Shown here: one piece after another, positions 16,780-25,905 of the stretch | Layout of the letters: the number at the start of each line of letters is the position of its first letter | Numbering within the stretch: the first letter of the stretch is position 1 | Origin: Eubacteriales bacterium | GTDB taxonomy: Bacteria > Bacillota > Clostridia > Oscillospirales > CAG-272 | Length of the DNA: 64,000 bases | NCBI GenBank assembly: GCA_045613205.1 | Contig: JAZLAO010000037.1 | Coordinates: 14,851 to 78,850, forward strand | Reading direction: 5' to 3' | Made by a program: the position numbers and the translations under genes | The notes under the pieces: generated by a model | Database searches by the model: none | What the model was told of the DNA's origin: nothing | What the model saw: only the letters and a program-made list of their open reading frames with translations

Positions 16780-17487
16780 TTATTCTTGTTTTGAAAGATA
16801 TTCTGTCAGCTTGTCGGGAAAATTCACCGTCATTCCGTCTACTCCAAGCTTGCACATGTTTTCCATAAGCTCAAGGTTGGAAACACCCCACGCTCTTACG
16901 CCAAGTCCCGCATCCCGCCAAGTCTTCATAAGCTCCGAGGTGATAAGCTGCGCTTTTGGCGCGAATTCCTCTCCGCCTATGCTAATAAGCTTTTTCACGG
17001 CTTCATCACTGACGTCAGAAGTTAACCAACCGACACGCGCCGTGGAATGAAGCTCCTTTATCTTTTCAATATACTCAAATTTGAAGCTTGTAAAGGTGGT
17101 TTTATCCATTATACCGTATTCCTTTACCATTGCGAGAGTTTCCTCTTCAACTCCCTCACCTTTAAGCTCAATAGCAAAGCTTATATCATACGAATGAAAC
17201 TTATCCAAAAACTCACGCAACGTGACAATCCTATCATAAAAGCCGTTAGTGCATTTGCCGTGAATTTTAACTTTCTTCAATTCAACATATGTATAGTCGC
17301 AAGCCTTACCGCTTGAATCGCTGACTCTGTCAAGAGTATCGTCGTGGAACAGAACAAGAATTCCGTCTTTTGTTCTTCTAACGTCGGTTTCAATACCGTT
17401 TGCACCCTGTAAAAGTCCTAAATAAAAGGATGAGAGAGTATTTTCAGGCGCATATTCGCTCGCGCCCCTGTGAGCATAATTTATCAT
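16780..17487 (-). CDS. glycerophosphodiester phosphodiesterase
   Basis: GDPD-family N-terminus MINYAHRGASEYAPENT and motif ETDVRRTKDG. The start is set at the ATG preceded by AAGGGGA. Confidence 0.8.
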   Translation of the reverse strand: MINYAHRGASEYAPENTLSSFYLGLLQGANGIETDVRRTKDGILVLFHDDTLDRVSDSSGKACDYTYVELKKVKIHGKCTNGFYDRIVTLREFLDKFHSYDISFAIELKGEGVEEETLAMVKEYGIMDKTTFTSFKFEYIEKIKELHSTARVGWLTSDVSDEAVKKLISIGGEEFAPKAQLITSELMKTWRDAGLGVRAWGVSNLELMENMCKLGVDGMTVNFPDKLTEYLSKQE

Positions 17488-17596
17488 AACATTCCCCTTT
17501 GTAGTGAATTTTAATATTCCAAAAAGTTTTGCCAAACAAATATTTTTAATATTTGCAAGAAAAAGCGTGGCAGATTAAAGAGCATTGTTTTGCTTT

Positions 17597-18808
17597 TTAA
17601 ACGATAAGATCCTCAAAATATCCGTGATATTTTATGTCGACGTTACTGTTCGGGAATAGAAATTTATAAAGCTCCGTGCAATAATCGTCGGTCATAGAAG
17701 CCATATAATCGACTACAATCTGGTTTGGCTCGGTTTCAATATACGGAGTTTTAGCTGCATAATGATTACCGGAGACAAAGTCAATATGATGCTTGAATAC
17801 GGGAGAGGATTTATCCCCGGCTTTAAGGTCAGAAAGGAGCTTCTCATAAAGGTTTTGCATCATGGGCTTAACCGTTTCGTCAAGCACCTTTGAAATCTGC
17901 TCGGTTTTATATATCTGCTCGTAGTTAACTTTTTTTGCTTCCTTCATACCGAGGTAATGCTCGGAATCCATCATTATATAAGGCTTTCCGTAGCTGTGCT
18001 CGATTATGTTTACCTCAAGATTGTTTATTATCTCTGCATTGATAGTTCCTATTCCCGCATCGCCGAGAGAGGCATCGGACTCTATAAACTTTGCTCTTTT
18101 TGCATCCTGTCTGTCTTTTCCGAGGTATGCTATAATATCACATACTCTTACAACGCAGCCCTCGAGCGTGGACGGAATAATTTTTGAGATATTCTTTTCG
18201 TCGACGTAGCAGCTTTCAACCATTTTATCAAAAGCTTCGAAATCAGGCATAACTGACGGACGGTATTCGTGCATTTCAAATTCACCGTTGTGGGTAATTA
18301 TACCGTCAAGCGTATCAAGCGTTATGTTGAGTGGAAAGATGCCGTCGAGAACTCTTACGCTGTGGACGTTGTGGTTAAAATATCTGCCTGTTTCCGCGTG
18401 AAAAACCTCACTGATATACCGCTCGCCCGCGTGGCCGAACGGAGTATGACCTATATCGTGACCTAGAGCAATCGCTTCTATAAGGTCAAGGTTTAGATTA
18501 AGAACAGAGCCTATAGAACGGGCTATTCTCGAAACAAGCTGAACGTGAAGCGCGCGCCTGGTTATATCGTCATTCTTATAAAATGAAAAAACCTGGGTTT
18601 TATCGGTATATCTGTTATAATACGGACTGTGCATAATTTTATCAACGTCGCGCACGTATGCCGGACGCCACACAGATTCACGGTCAAATGCGGGATTGCG
18701 CCTTACCGCATTTGCACTCTTAGCTGCAAAATTGGGACGTGTTCCCTTTTCTATATCTTCCCTTATTCTGTCAAGTATTTCGGGCGAAAGTTTTTCGTAA
18801 TTTGGCAT
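17597..18808 (-). CDS. HD-domain dGTPase-like triphosphohydrolase
   Basis: 403 aa. HD motif is LGHDIGHTPFGHAGE. The N-terminal RDVDKIMHSPYYNRYTDKTQV segment is typical of dGTP triphosphohydrolase-like proteins. Confidence 0.8.
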   Translation of the reverse strand: MPNYEKLSPEILDRIREDIEKGTRPNFAAKSANAVRRNPAFDRESVWRPAYVRDVDKIMHSPYYNRYTDKTQVFSFYKNDDITRRALHVQLVSRIARSIGSVLNLNLDLIEAIALGHDIGHTPFGHAGERYISEVFHAETGRYFNHNVHSVRVLDGIFPLNITLDTLDGIITHNGEFEMHEYRPSVMPDFEAFDKMVESCYVDEKNISKIIPSTLEGCVVRVCDIIAYLGKDRQDAKRAKFIESDASLGDAGIGTINAEIINNLEVNIIEHSYGKPYIMMDSEHYLGMKEAKKVNYEQIYKTEQISKVLDETVKPMMQNLYEKLLSDLKAGDKSSPVFKHHIDFVSGNHYAAKTPYIETEPNQIVVDYMASMTDDYCTELYKFLFPNSNVDIKYHGYFEDLIV

Positions 18809-18894
18809 TTTATTCCCCTAAAGTATTTTTCACTATATATTATATTTAAAGTATAACATATAAATGAGAGAATTGTCAATAGTTGAGGTTTCGG

Positions 18895-18931
18895 AGAAAA
18901 CAAAAAGACCTGCCGGGTTAGTGCAGGTCTT
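18895..18931 (-). terminator. rho-independent terminator of rpsT
   Basis: On the minus strand: AGACCTGC-actaacccg-GCAGGTCT followed by TTTTTGTTTT. Confidence 0.8.
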
Positions 18932-18936
18932 ATGCA

Positions 18937-19200
18937 TTATGCCATTTTGTTAAACTTAAGTGTGAACTCAGACTTTTTGTGTGCTGCATTGTTCTTATGA
19001 AGAATGCCGTGAGCAACTGCCTGGTCAACCTTCTTAACAGCAAGTCTATAAAGTTCGGAAGCTGCAGCCTTATCACCCGACTCAACAGCAGCATTGAACT
19101 TCTTTATAACGGTCTTGAGCTGGCTCTTAACCATCTGGTTCTGAAGTGCTTTTGCCTGGTTAACAAGGATACGCTTTTTAGCGGACTTAATATTAGCCAT
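18937..19200 (-). CDS. rpsT: 30S ribosomal protein S20
   Basis: MANIKSAKKRILVNQAKALQN. 87 aa, basic and helical. Confidence 0.92.
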   Translation of the reverse strand: MANIKSAKKRILVNQAKALQNQMVKSQLKTVIKKFNAAVESGDKAAASELYRLAVKKVDQAVAHGILHKNNAAHKKSEFTLKFNKMA

Positions 19201-19313
19201 TTTAATCTCCTTTTTGATTTAAGGGGTGGTGCAATTATTGACTCACGGCTGAGAGGGTCCGAAAAATCAATATTTTACATCCTAAACCGCCATAATTATT
19301 TTCATACTCAATG

Positions 19314-19342
19314 ATTGTATCACAATATTCCAAAAAAATCAA
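19314..19342 (-). promoter_or_regulatory. sigma-A promoter of rpsT
   Basis: TTGATT, 17-nt spacer, TGaTACAAT on the minus strand. The leader is about 110 nt. Confidence 0.65.
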
Positions 19343-19382
19343 GTGTTTTTTTAAAAAAATAAAAATATTTTTTCGTTTTCTA

Positions 19383-19411
19383 TTGACAAGCGGCAGTTTT
19401 TCTGTTATACT
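19383..19411 (+). promoter_or_regulatory. sigma-A promoter of the ylxM-ffh-rpsP-khpA operon
   Basis: TTGACA, 17-nt spacer, TATACT. Confidence 0.7.
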
Positions 19412-19460
19412 TGTAAAGTAATTTGCTTTACACATTATTTTTTGAACGAGGTGAGTAGTT

Positions 19461-19814
19461 ATGTTTGAAAAAAATATGAAGCTCGCCTATCTTCTTGATT
19501 TTTACGGTGATGCTCTTGACGGGCGCACGTATAATATAATGCAGGCATATTACAACGATGACCTTTCCCTTTCCGAAATTGCTGACGGTGAAAGCATTTC
19601 AAGGCAGGGTGTTCGCCACATCATAAAAAAAGGCGAAGAGTATCTTACCTTTCTCGAAAGCAAGCTCGGGCTTGCGTCACATTACACCGAGCTTCAGCTC
19701 GCCATTGAAAAGCTTAACCGAGTGCGCGAAAATCTGAATTCAAGCGCCAACGCGCATGATTCCGACCGTTTGATTCTTGAGGTCATCGCCACAATACAGA
19801 ATAAAGGAATTTGA
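19461..19814 (+). CDS. ylxM: YlxM/p13-family putative helix-turn-helix protein (UPF0122)
   Basis: 117 aa, immediately upstream of ffh. LSLSEIADGESISRQGVRHIIKKGEE is a sigma-70 region-4-like HTH. Confidence 0.85.
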   Translation: MFEKNMKLAYLLDFYGDALDGRTYNIMQAYYNDDLSLSEIADGESISRQGVRHIIKKGEEYLTFLESKLGLASHYTELQLAIEKLNRVRENLNSSANAHDSDRLILEVIATIQNKGI

Positions 19815-19815
19815 T

Positions 19816-21147
19816 ATGTTTCAAAGTCTTACAGAAAAACTTTCAAATGCTTTTGCAAGATTCAGAAACAAAGGTAAACTCACCGAGGCTGACGTCAAGG
19901 ACGGTATGCGCGAGGTCAAGCTTGCCCTGCTTGAAGCCGACGTTAACTTTAAGGTAGTCAAGGATTTTACAAAGGCAGTTACCGAAAGAGCTGTCGGTGC
20001 GCAGGTGCTTGAAAGTCTTTTGCCCGCACAGCAGATTATTAAAATAGTTAATGAAGAGCTTATAAAGCTTATGGGCTCTGAAACCTCAAAAATCAATATA
20101 AGTCCGAAGCCTCCTACGGTAATTATGATGACAGGTCTTCAGGGTGCGGGAAAAACCACCCACACCGGAAAGATTGCGAACTCCTTTAAGCAAAAGGGCA
20201 AAAATCCACTGCTCGTAGCCTGCGACGTTTACAGACCTGCTGCTATTGACCAGCTTAAAATCGTAGGTGAATCAATCGGTGTTCCAGTATTCTCGTTGGG
20301 AAATAAAATTTCCCCTGTCGAAATAGCAAAAGCCGGTGTTGAATACGCAAAGAAAAACGGTCACGATATGGTGTTTATAGACACCGCGGGTCGTTTGCAC
20401 ATTGACGAAGAGCTTATGGAAGAGCTTGCAAGGATTAAGGAACACACAAAACCCGAGGAAATCCTACTCGTTGTCGATGCAATGACAGGTCAGGATGCGG
20501 TAAACGTTGCTAAGAGCTTTGATGAGCTTCTTAATATAACAGGTGTCGTTCTCACTAAAATGGACGGTGACACCCGAGGCGGTGCCGCTCTTTCGGTAAG
20601 ATACATTACCGGAAAGCCTATTAAATACGTCGGTACAGGCGAAAAGCTTGATGCAATAGAGCTTTTCCACCCCGACAGAATGGCGTCGAGAATACTTGGA
20701 ATGGGCGACGTGCTTTCCCTGATTGAAAAAGCAGAGGCTGCGTTCGACGAGAAAAGCGCCAAGGAAATGGAAAGGAAATTCCGCGAGCAAACCTTTACTC
20801 TCGAGGATTTCCTCGCTCAGATGTACCAGATAAAGAAGATGGGCAACATAAACCAGCTTCTCGGTATGATTCCCGGAGTCAAGGCGGGAGCGCTTAAGGA
20901 TGCTGAAATCGACGAGAAGCATATGGCTCGTATAGAAGCAATAATTCTTTCCATGACTAAAGGCGAGCGTTTGCGCCCCGAAACCATAAACGGCTCGCGC
21001 AGGAAAAGAATTGCAAAGGGCTCGGGCACTACCGTTGAGGACGTGAACAAGCTTCTCAAGCAATTTGAGCAAATGAAGAAAACCATGAAGCAGTTTTCAA
21101 ATATGGGTAAACGCCGCGGATTCGGCGGAATGAAGCTTCCCTTTTAA
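19816..21147 (+). CDS. ffh: signal recognition particle protein Ffh
   Basis: MFQSLTEKLSNAF, GLQGAGKTT, DTAGR, TKMDGD, and a Met-rich M domain. ATG 19816 lies 1 nt after the ylxM stop. Confidence 0.95.
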   Translation: MFQSLTEKLSNAFARFRNKGKLTEADVKDGMREVKLALLEADVNFKVVKDFTKAVTERAVGAQVLESLLPAQQIIKIVNEELIKLMGSETSKINISPKPPTVIMMTGLQGAGKTTHTGKIANSFKQKGKNPLLVACDVYRPAAIDQLKIVGESIGVPVFSLGNKISPVEIAKAGVEYAKKNGHDMVFIDTAGRLHIDEELMEELARIKEHTKPEEILLVVDAMTGQDAVNVAKSFDELLNITGVVLTKMDGDTRGGAALSVRYITGKPIKYVGTGEKLDAIELFHPDRMASRILGMGDVLSLIEKAEAAFDEKSAKEMERKFREQTFTLEDFLAQMYQIKKMGNINQLLGMIPGVKAGALKDAEIDEKHMARIEAIILSMTKGERLRPETINGSRRKRIAKGSGTTVEDVNKLLKQFEQMKKTMKQFSNMGKRRGFGGMKLPF

Positions 21148-21206
21148 CCGTATATAATTAAAATTAATTATAATAAATTTTTCAAACATTTTTGGAGGAC
21201 AAAAAA

Positions 21207-21452
21207 ATGGCAGTTAAAATCAGACTTAAGAGACTTGGTGCAAAGAAGGCTCCCTTCTACCGCGTAGTTGTTGCAGATGAGAGATCTCCCCGCGACGGCA
21301 AGTTCATCGAGGAAATCGGTTACTACAACCCCCTTACCAATCCCGCTGACATCAAAATCAACGCAGAGAAGGCTACCAAGTGGCTTAACAACGGTGCACA
21401 GCCCACTGAGACCGTAAGAACTCTTCTTAAGAAGACCGAAATCATTAAGTAA
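21207..21452 (+). CDS. rpsP: 30S ribosomal protein S16
   Basis: [24 protein letters not shown], with a GGAGG RBS. Confidence 0.93.
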   Translation: MAVKIRLKRLGAKKAPFYRVVVADERSPRDGKFIEEIGYYNPLTNPADIKINAEKATKWLNNGAQPTETVRTLLKKTEIIK

Positions 21453-21506
21453 TTGTCAAAAAATCGGAAGGATGTTTCCGCAATGCTCGGAAACAGGTAA
21501 CGCAAA

Positions 21507-21740
21507 ATGGATCTGAAGCAAATACTTACAGACATCGCGCGTGCTATCGTTGATACTCCCGATGCCGTATGCGTTGAAGAAAACGTAAACGGTGACGACG
21601 TTGAGCTTATTCTTACCGTTGCTGAGGACGATACCGGTATGGTTATCGGTCGTCACGGAAAAATAGCAAAAGCGATCAGGCAAATAATGAAAGCCGCAGC
21701 GAATACGTGCGGAAAGCACGTCACTGTTGAAATTAAATAA
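21507..21740 (+). CDS. khpA: KH-domain RNA-binding protein (YlqC/KhpA family)
   Basis: 77 aa. VIGRHGKIAKAIR carries the KH GXXG loop. The position after rpsP is conserved in Firmicutes. Confidence 0.85.
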   Translation: MDLKQILTDIARAIVDTPDAVCVEENVNGDDVELILTVAEDDTGMVIGRHGKIAKAIRQIMKAAANTCGKHVTVEIK

Positions 21741-21745
21741 TTTCA

Positions 21746-21780
21746 GTCCTCGGGTATTTATGCCCGAGGATACTTTTTTG
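21746..21780 (+). terminator. rho-independent terminator after khpA
   Basis: TCCTCGGGTA-ttta-TGCCCGAGGA followed by TACTTTTTT. Confidence 0.8.
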
Positions 21781-21884
21781 TAAAAAACCAACAATTTTTT
21801 TCTTCTCTCTATATATGTTTTAACTATTGAAATTCTCTTAAAAAATCAAAAAAGATATCTTCACAAAATAAGGAAAAAGATTTT

Positions 21885-23375
21885 ATGAAAAAATATATTA
21901 TGTCACTCGACCAAGGAACAACAAGTTCCCGATGCATTCTGTTTGACAAATCCGGAAATATCTGCAGTATAGCGCAAAGGGAATTCGAGCAGCTCTTCCC
22001 TCATGACGGCTGGGTTGAGCACAACCCTATGACGATATGGTCAACACAAGTCGGTGTTTGCGCAGAGGCGATATCAAAAATCGGTGCAAGCTGGGATGAA
22101 ATATACGGAATCGGAATAACCAACCAAAGAGAAACGACTATCGTATGGGATAGAAAAACCGGTGCTCCCGTATACAACGCGATAGTCTGGCAGTGTCGCA
22201 GAACTGCAAATTTTTGCCGTGAGCTTTCCGAAGATGGCTACGAAAAGCTTATAAAAGAAAAAACGGGACTGATAATAGACCCTTATTTTTCAGCCACCAA
22301 AATCAAATGGATACTCGATAACGTAGAAGGTGCGCGCGAGCGCGCTGACAAAGGCGAGCTTTGCTTCGGAACTGTAGACTCCTGGCTTATTTGGAATCTC
22401 ACGGGCGGCAAGGTGCACGCGACCGACTATAGCAACGCATCAAGGACTATGCTCTTTAATATAAAAACTCTTGAATGGGACAACGAGCTTCTTAAGCTTT
22501 TTAATATTCCGGAGAGTATTTTGCCAACTGTTCTCCCATCTTCATCTCTTTTCGGTTACACCGACCCAAAAATTCTCGGTGCAGAAGTTGCAATAGGCGG
22601 AGTTGCGGGAGACCAGCAGGCTGCGCTTTTCGGTCAGTGCTGCTTTAATAAGGGTGATATAAAAAACACGTACGGAACGGGCGCATTCGCTCTTATGAAT
22701 ACAGGAGATTCTCCGTACATAACAGAAGACGGTTTGCTTACCACAATTGCGTGGGGGCTGGACGGTAAGGTCACGTACGCCCTTGAAGGCTCGGTTTTCA
22801 CCTGCGGCGCGGCAATACAATGGTTAAGAGACGGACTTAAGCTTATAGAATCTGCAGCTGACAGCGAATACTACGCATCAAAGGTTAAAGATTCGGGCGG
22901 TGTAGTTGTAGTTCCCGCTTTTCAGGGACTTGGCGCGCCCTATTGGGACCCCTATGCAAGAGGTGTGATAATAGGAATAACCCGAGGCACTACAAAAAAT
23001 CATATAATAAGAGCAACTCTCGAATCTATTGCATATCAGGTATCCGACCTCATTGAGCTCATGGAAAGCTCAACAAAAATCAAGATAAATGAATTAAAGG
23101 TTGACGGCGGCGCAAGTGCAAACAATCTTATGCTCGCATTCGAGTCCGATATACTCGGAATAGAAATTGAGCGTCCGTCCTGCATTGAAACGACAGCACT
23201 GGGCGCAGCGTATCTTTGCGGACTTGCCCTCGGTGTCTACAAATCTCCGAGCGAAATATCCGGAATAAGAGCAGTAGACAGAAAGTTTTCACCTACGAAG
23301 GACAGCGAGTGGCGTTCCTCTCACCTCAAGGAATGGAAGAAAGCGACAAAACGCAGTCTTGCGTGGAAGGAGTAA
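21885..23375 (+). CDS. glpK: glycerol kinase
   Basis: 496 aa. [19 protein letters not shown] and [10 protein letters not shown]. Confidence 0.95.
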   Translation: MKKYIMSLDQGTTSSRCILFDKSGNICSIAQREFEQLFPHDGWVEHNPMTIWSTQVGVCAEAISKIGASWDEIYGIGITNQRETTIVWDRKTGAPVYNAIVWQCRRTANFCRELSEDGYEKLIKEKTGLIIDPYFSATKIKWILDNVEGARERADKGELCFGTVDSWLIWNLTGGKVHATDYSNASRTMLFNIKTLEWDNELLKLFNIPESILPTVLPSSSLFGYTDPKILGAEVAIGGVAGDQQAALFGQCCFNKGDIKNTYGTGAFALMNTGDSPYITEDGLLTTIAWGLDGKVTYALEGSVFTCGAAIQWLRDGLKLIESAADSEYYASKVKDSGGVVVVPAFQGLGAPYWDPYARGVIIGITRGTTKNHIIRATLESIAYQVSDLIELMESSTKIKINELKVDGGASANNLMLAFESDILGIEIERPSCIETTALGAAYLCGLALGVYKSPSEISGIRAVDRKFSPTKDSEWRSSHLKEWKKATKRSLAWKE

Positions 23376-23450
23376 TATCAATTCCCGAAAATCCCTGCAA
23401 AGCTTAGGTTTTGCGGGGATTCATTATATAAAATATATTTACTTTATGTA

Positions 23451-23479
23451 TTGACAAATACGAAAAAAAGTGATACAAT
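23451..23479 (+). promoter_or_regulatory. sigma-A promoter of tRNA-Thr
   Basis: TTGACA, 17-nt spacer, TGaTACAAT, ending 10 nt before the tRNA 5' end. Confidence 0.75.
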
Positions 23480-23488
23480 ATTACTGTT

Positions 23489-23564
23489 GCTGGTGTGGCT
23501 CAGTTGGTAGAGCAGTTGATTCGTAATCAACAGGTCACCGGTTCAAGTCCGGTCACCAGCTCCA
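23489..23564 (+). tRNA. tRNA-Thr (anticodon CGU)
   Basis: 76-nt cloverleaf read by hand. Acceptor GCTGGTG/CACCAGC, anticodon stem GTTGA/TCAAC, loop TTCGTAA, T-arm ACCGG-TTCAAGT-CCGGT. CCA is encoded. Confidence 0.93.
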
Positions 23565-23570
23565 AAACTC

Positions 23571-23596
23571 AGAGAACCGCAAGGTTCTCTTTTTTT
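23571..23596 (+). terminator. rho-independent terminator after tRNA-Thr
   Basis: AGAGAACC-gcaa-GGTTCTCT followed by TTTTTT. Confidence 0.85.
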
Positions 23597-23619
23597 AACC
23601 TTGCAAAAGGAGATAATCC

Positions 23620-24471
23620 ATGAACTTATGTAATCTCTCGGTCATAAAAAGCCTTATGAATGAAGCCGGCATAACCTTTCGTAAGGATTACGGTCAAAAT
23701 TTCCTTATAAACAAAATTATACCCGAGGATATTGCAGATAATTGCACTGATACCGAGGACAGCTTAATAATAGAAATCGGCCCCGGTATCGGCTGTCTTA
23801 CTGCCGAGCTTGCAGAAAGATACAGACGGGTTGTTGCAATCGAAATAGACAAGGGATTGATTCCTATTCTTGACAAAACTCTCGCAGAATACGACAACGT
23901 CACAGTAATAAACGCGGACGTAATGAAAACTGATATTGCCGACCTCGTAGAGAAACATTCTGACGGTATGCCTGTTTCGGTTTGTGCAAATCTTCCCTAC
24001 TACATAACCACTCCCATTCTCATGTATCTACTCGAATCAGGCGTTAAATTTTCAACGATTACCGTTATGGTGCAAAACGAGGTAGCGGCAAGACTCGCAG
24101 CAAAGCCCGGAAGCTCCGACTACGGTGCTATAACCGCAATACTCGGCTATTACGGAACGGTAAAGAAATTATTTAAAGTTCCGGCAGGTTGCTTTATCCC
24201 TGCGCCCAAGGTTGACAGCGCCGTCGTGCGCATCGACCTCTATAAAGAACCGTTATATAATCCAAAGGACGAAAAGCTTTTCAGAAACCTTATAAAAGCG
24301 GCATTCGAGATGCGCAGAAAGACTCTCGTAAATGCGATTAGCGCAAAAATGCCTCATATAGACAAAGACGTTTTGACAAAAGCTATAATATCAATAGGAC
24401 ACCCTGAAAGCGTAAGAGGCGAACGACTCAGCACAGAGGATTTTGTAAAGCTCGCTGACCTATTAACATGA
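23620..24471 (+). CDS. rsmA: 16S rRNA (adenine1518/1519-N6)-dimethyltransferase
   Basis: GQNFL, EIGPGIGCLT and NLPYYITTPI. Confidence 0.93.
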   Translation: MNLCNLSVIKSLMNEAGITFRKDYGQNFLINKIIPEDIADNCTDTEDSLIIEIGPGIGCLTAELAERYRRVVAIEIDKGLIPILDKTLAEYDNVTVINADVMKTDIADLVEKHSDGMPVSVCANLPYYITTPILMYLLESGVKFSTITVMVQNEVAARLAAKPGSSDYGAITAILGYYGTVKKLFKVPAGCFIPAPKVDSAVVRIDLYKEPLYNPKDEKLFRNLIKAAFEMRRKTLVNAISAKMPHIDKDVLTKAIISIGHPESVRGERLSTEDFVKLADLLT

Positions 24472-24493
24472 AAACACGATTAGGAGGTAGCAT

Positions 24494-25753
24494 ATGAAGG
24501 AAAACAACAAAAGCTCATTTCCCCTTTGGACCTACATAGTCAAGGGCGCTGTAATGGGAATTTTCGCCCTTGTGATAAAGCTCATTTCCTCATTTTCCTC
24601 CATTGCGGTTTATTCGCAGGACGGTATAGTAGTAGACCTCCCCGATTTCGCAGCAGATATAGCAATCTTCGTTGCTTCACTCATTATATATAATTCGGTA
24701 TTTAACCTATTCTTTTCCTTTGACAAATCTGCCGCTAAAGAATATTTTAATTCCGAAGCAAGCCTTGGCGAAAAATCCGAATTCAAACGAACCTTTTTCT
24801 GCAAATCCTTTTTAGCGGAAGCCATACCCGCGCTTCTCATACTCTCAATCGCGAGTGCGTGCGGTGCATCCTGGGAGATTTTCGGAATGTTTCATACCGC
24901 TGACGGAAAAAGCCCGTATTCCGACGGACTTCTTCCCTTTTTGGCAACCGCAGCTCTCGTCTTTCTTATTTTGGCGTATGAACGATACGAAGCTGTACGT
25001 TACTTCAAAATTTTAAAGAAGCAATCAGCGCTTGAAGAGCTTGAGAGTAAATCAAAAATCATTCTCAGGATAATGCTCATTTTTGCATATCCACTAGTTC
25101 TCCCCTATTTGCCGCTCATCGCATATCTTTTCATAAGCTCGGCAAATATTATAACGGCTCTTCTTGCGGCCCCTGTGCTCATACTGAGCATACTTGCTAT
25201 TATTGCCGCTATTATCGGAATAAGGCTGCTTATTTCGATAAAAAACAGACGTACGTTTTTCAAGAAGCTGAATACGCTTGTACGACAGAATTCCTTTACA
25301 CTTTCCGAAATTCAAAACCCATATGCTTCTCTGTTTTCAAGAAAGAAAAACTGCACTTTTACTGTAAAAACCAAAAAAGGCAGCTTTGACTGCCTTGTGA
25401 TTGGAAATCTAAACTCATCCGTGCCAATCTGCTTTACTTCGAATAGCGAAGGATACTACAGATACAGACTCGGTACAGCAAAGCATAACGTGACTATGCA
25501 AAAGCACTTTGAGTATACAGCACCCGGTGAAAACAGAAAGATAATGATAATAAATCCCACACCTAAATATGCTTATATTTGTGACCCGGAATGTAAAAAG
25601 GAAAAGCGCCTTTACAACTCCGATAAGCTTTGGAATTTCGTTGTATACGAAGCAGAAGCGTTTTTAGGCGCACTTGACCGAGGCTCGCTCGGCAGATCTA
25701 CATCGGTGGGCGAAGAAACCGTAGACGTATCCGTTCCGTTAAGGCTTATGTAG
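24494..25753 (+). CDS. hypothetical multi-pass membrane protein with a soluble C-terminal domain
   Basis: 419 aa with a GGAGG RBS. About 6 hydrophobic segments span the first 250 aa, then a ~160-aa Cys/Lys-rich soluble domain follows. I recognise no motif. Confidence 0.6.
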   Translation: MKENNKSSFPLWTYIVKGAVMGIFALVIKLISSFSSIAVYSQDGIVVDLPDFAADIAIFVASLIIYNSVFNLFFSFDKSAAKEYFNSEASLGEKSEFKRTFFCKSFLAEAIPALLILSIASACGASWEIFGMFHTADGKSPYSDGLLPFLATAALVFLILAYERYEAVRYFKILKKQSALEELESKSKIILRIMLIFAYPLVLPYLPLIAYLFISSANIITALLAAPVLILSILAIIAAIIGIRLLISIKNRRTFFKKLNTLVRQNSFTLSEIQNPYASLFSRKKNCTFTVKTKKGSFDCLVIGNLNSSVPICFTSNSEGYYRYRLGTAKHNVTMQKHFEYTAPGENRKIMIINPTPKYAYICDPECKKEKRLYNSDKLWNFVVYEAEAFLGALDRGSLGRSTSVGEETVDVSVPLRLM

Positions 25754-25902
25754 GGGCTGTCTCATTAAAAATTCAATATGAGGAAAACCGTAGGTTTTCG
25801 ACCATGATTTTCTCAAATTTACGCTTATTATCAAAGGGGTACTGTGTTTTTCACAATACCCCTTGTTTTTTATTCGGTTGTGCCTAAATGCGACAGCCCC
25901 TA
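25751..25902. repeat. 11-bp perfect inverted repeat bracketing the convergent-gene terminator
   Basis: TAGGGGCTGTC at 25751..25761 and GACAGCCCCTA at 25892..25902. The first copy contains the stop codon of the 419-aa ORF. Confidence 0.6.
25834..25871. terminator. bidirectional hairpin terminator
   Basis: AAGGGGTACTGTG-ttttt-CACAATACCCCTT followed by GTTTTTT (one C.A or G.U mismatch, depending on strand). Confidence 0.75.
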
Positions 25903-25905
25903 GCC

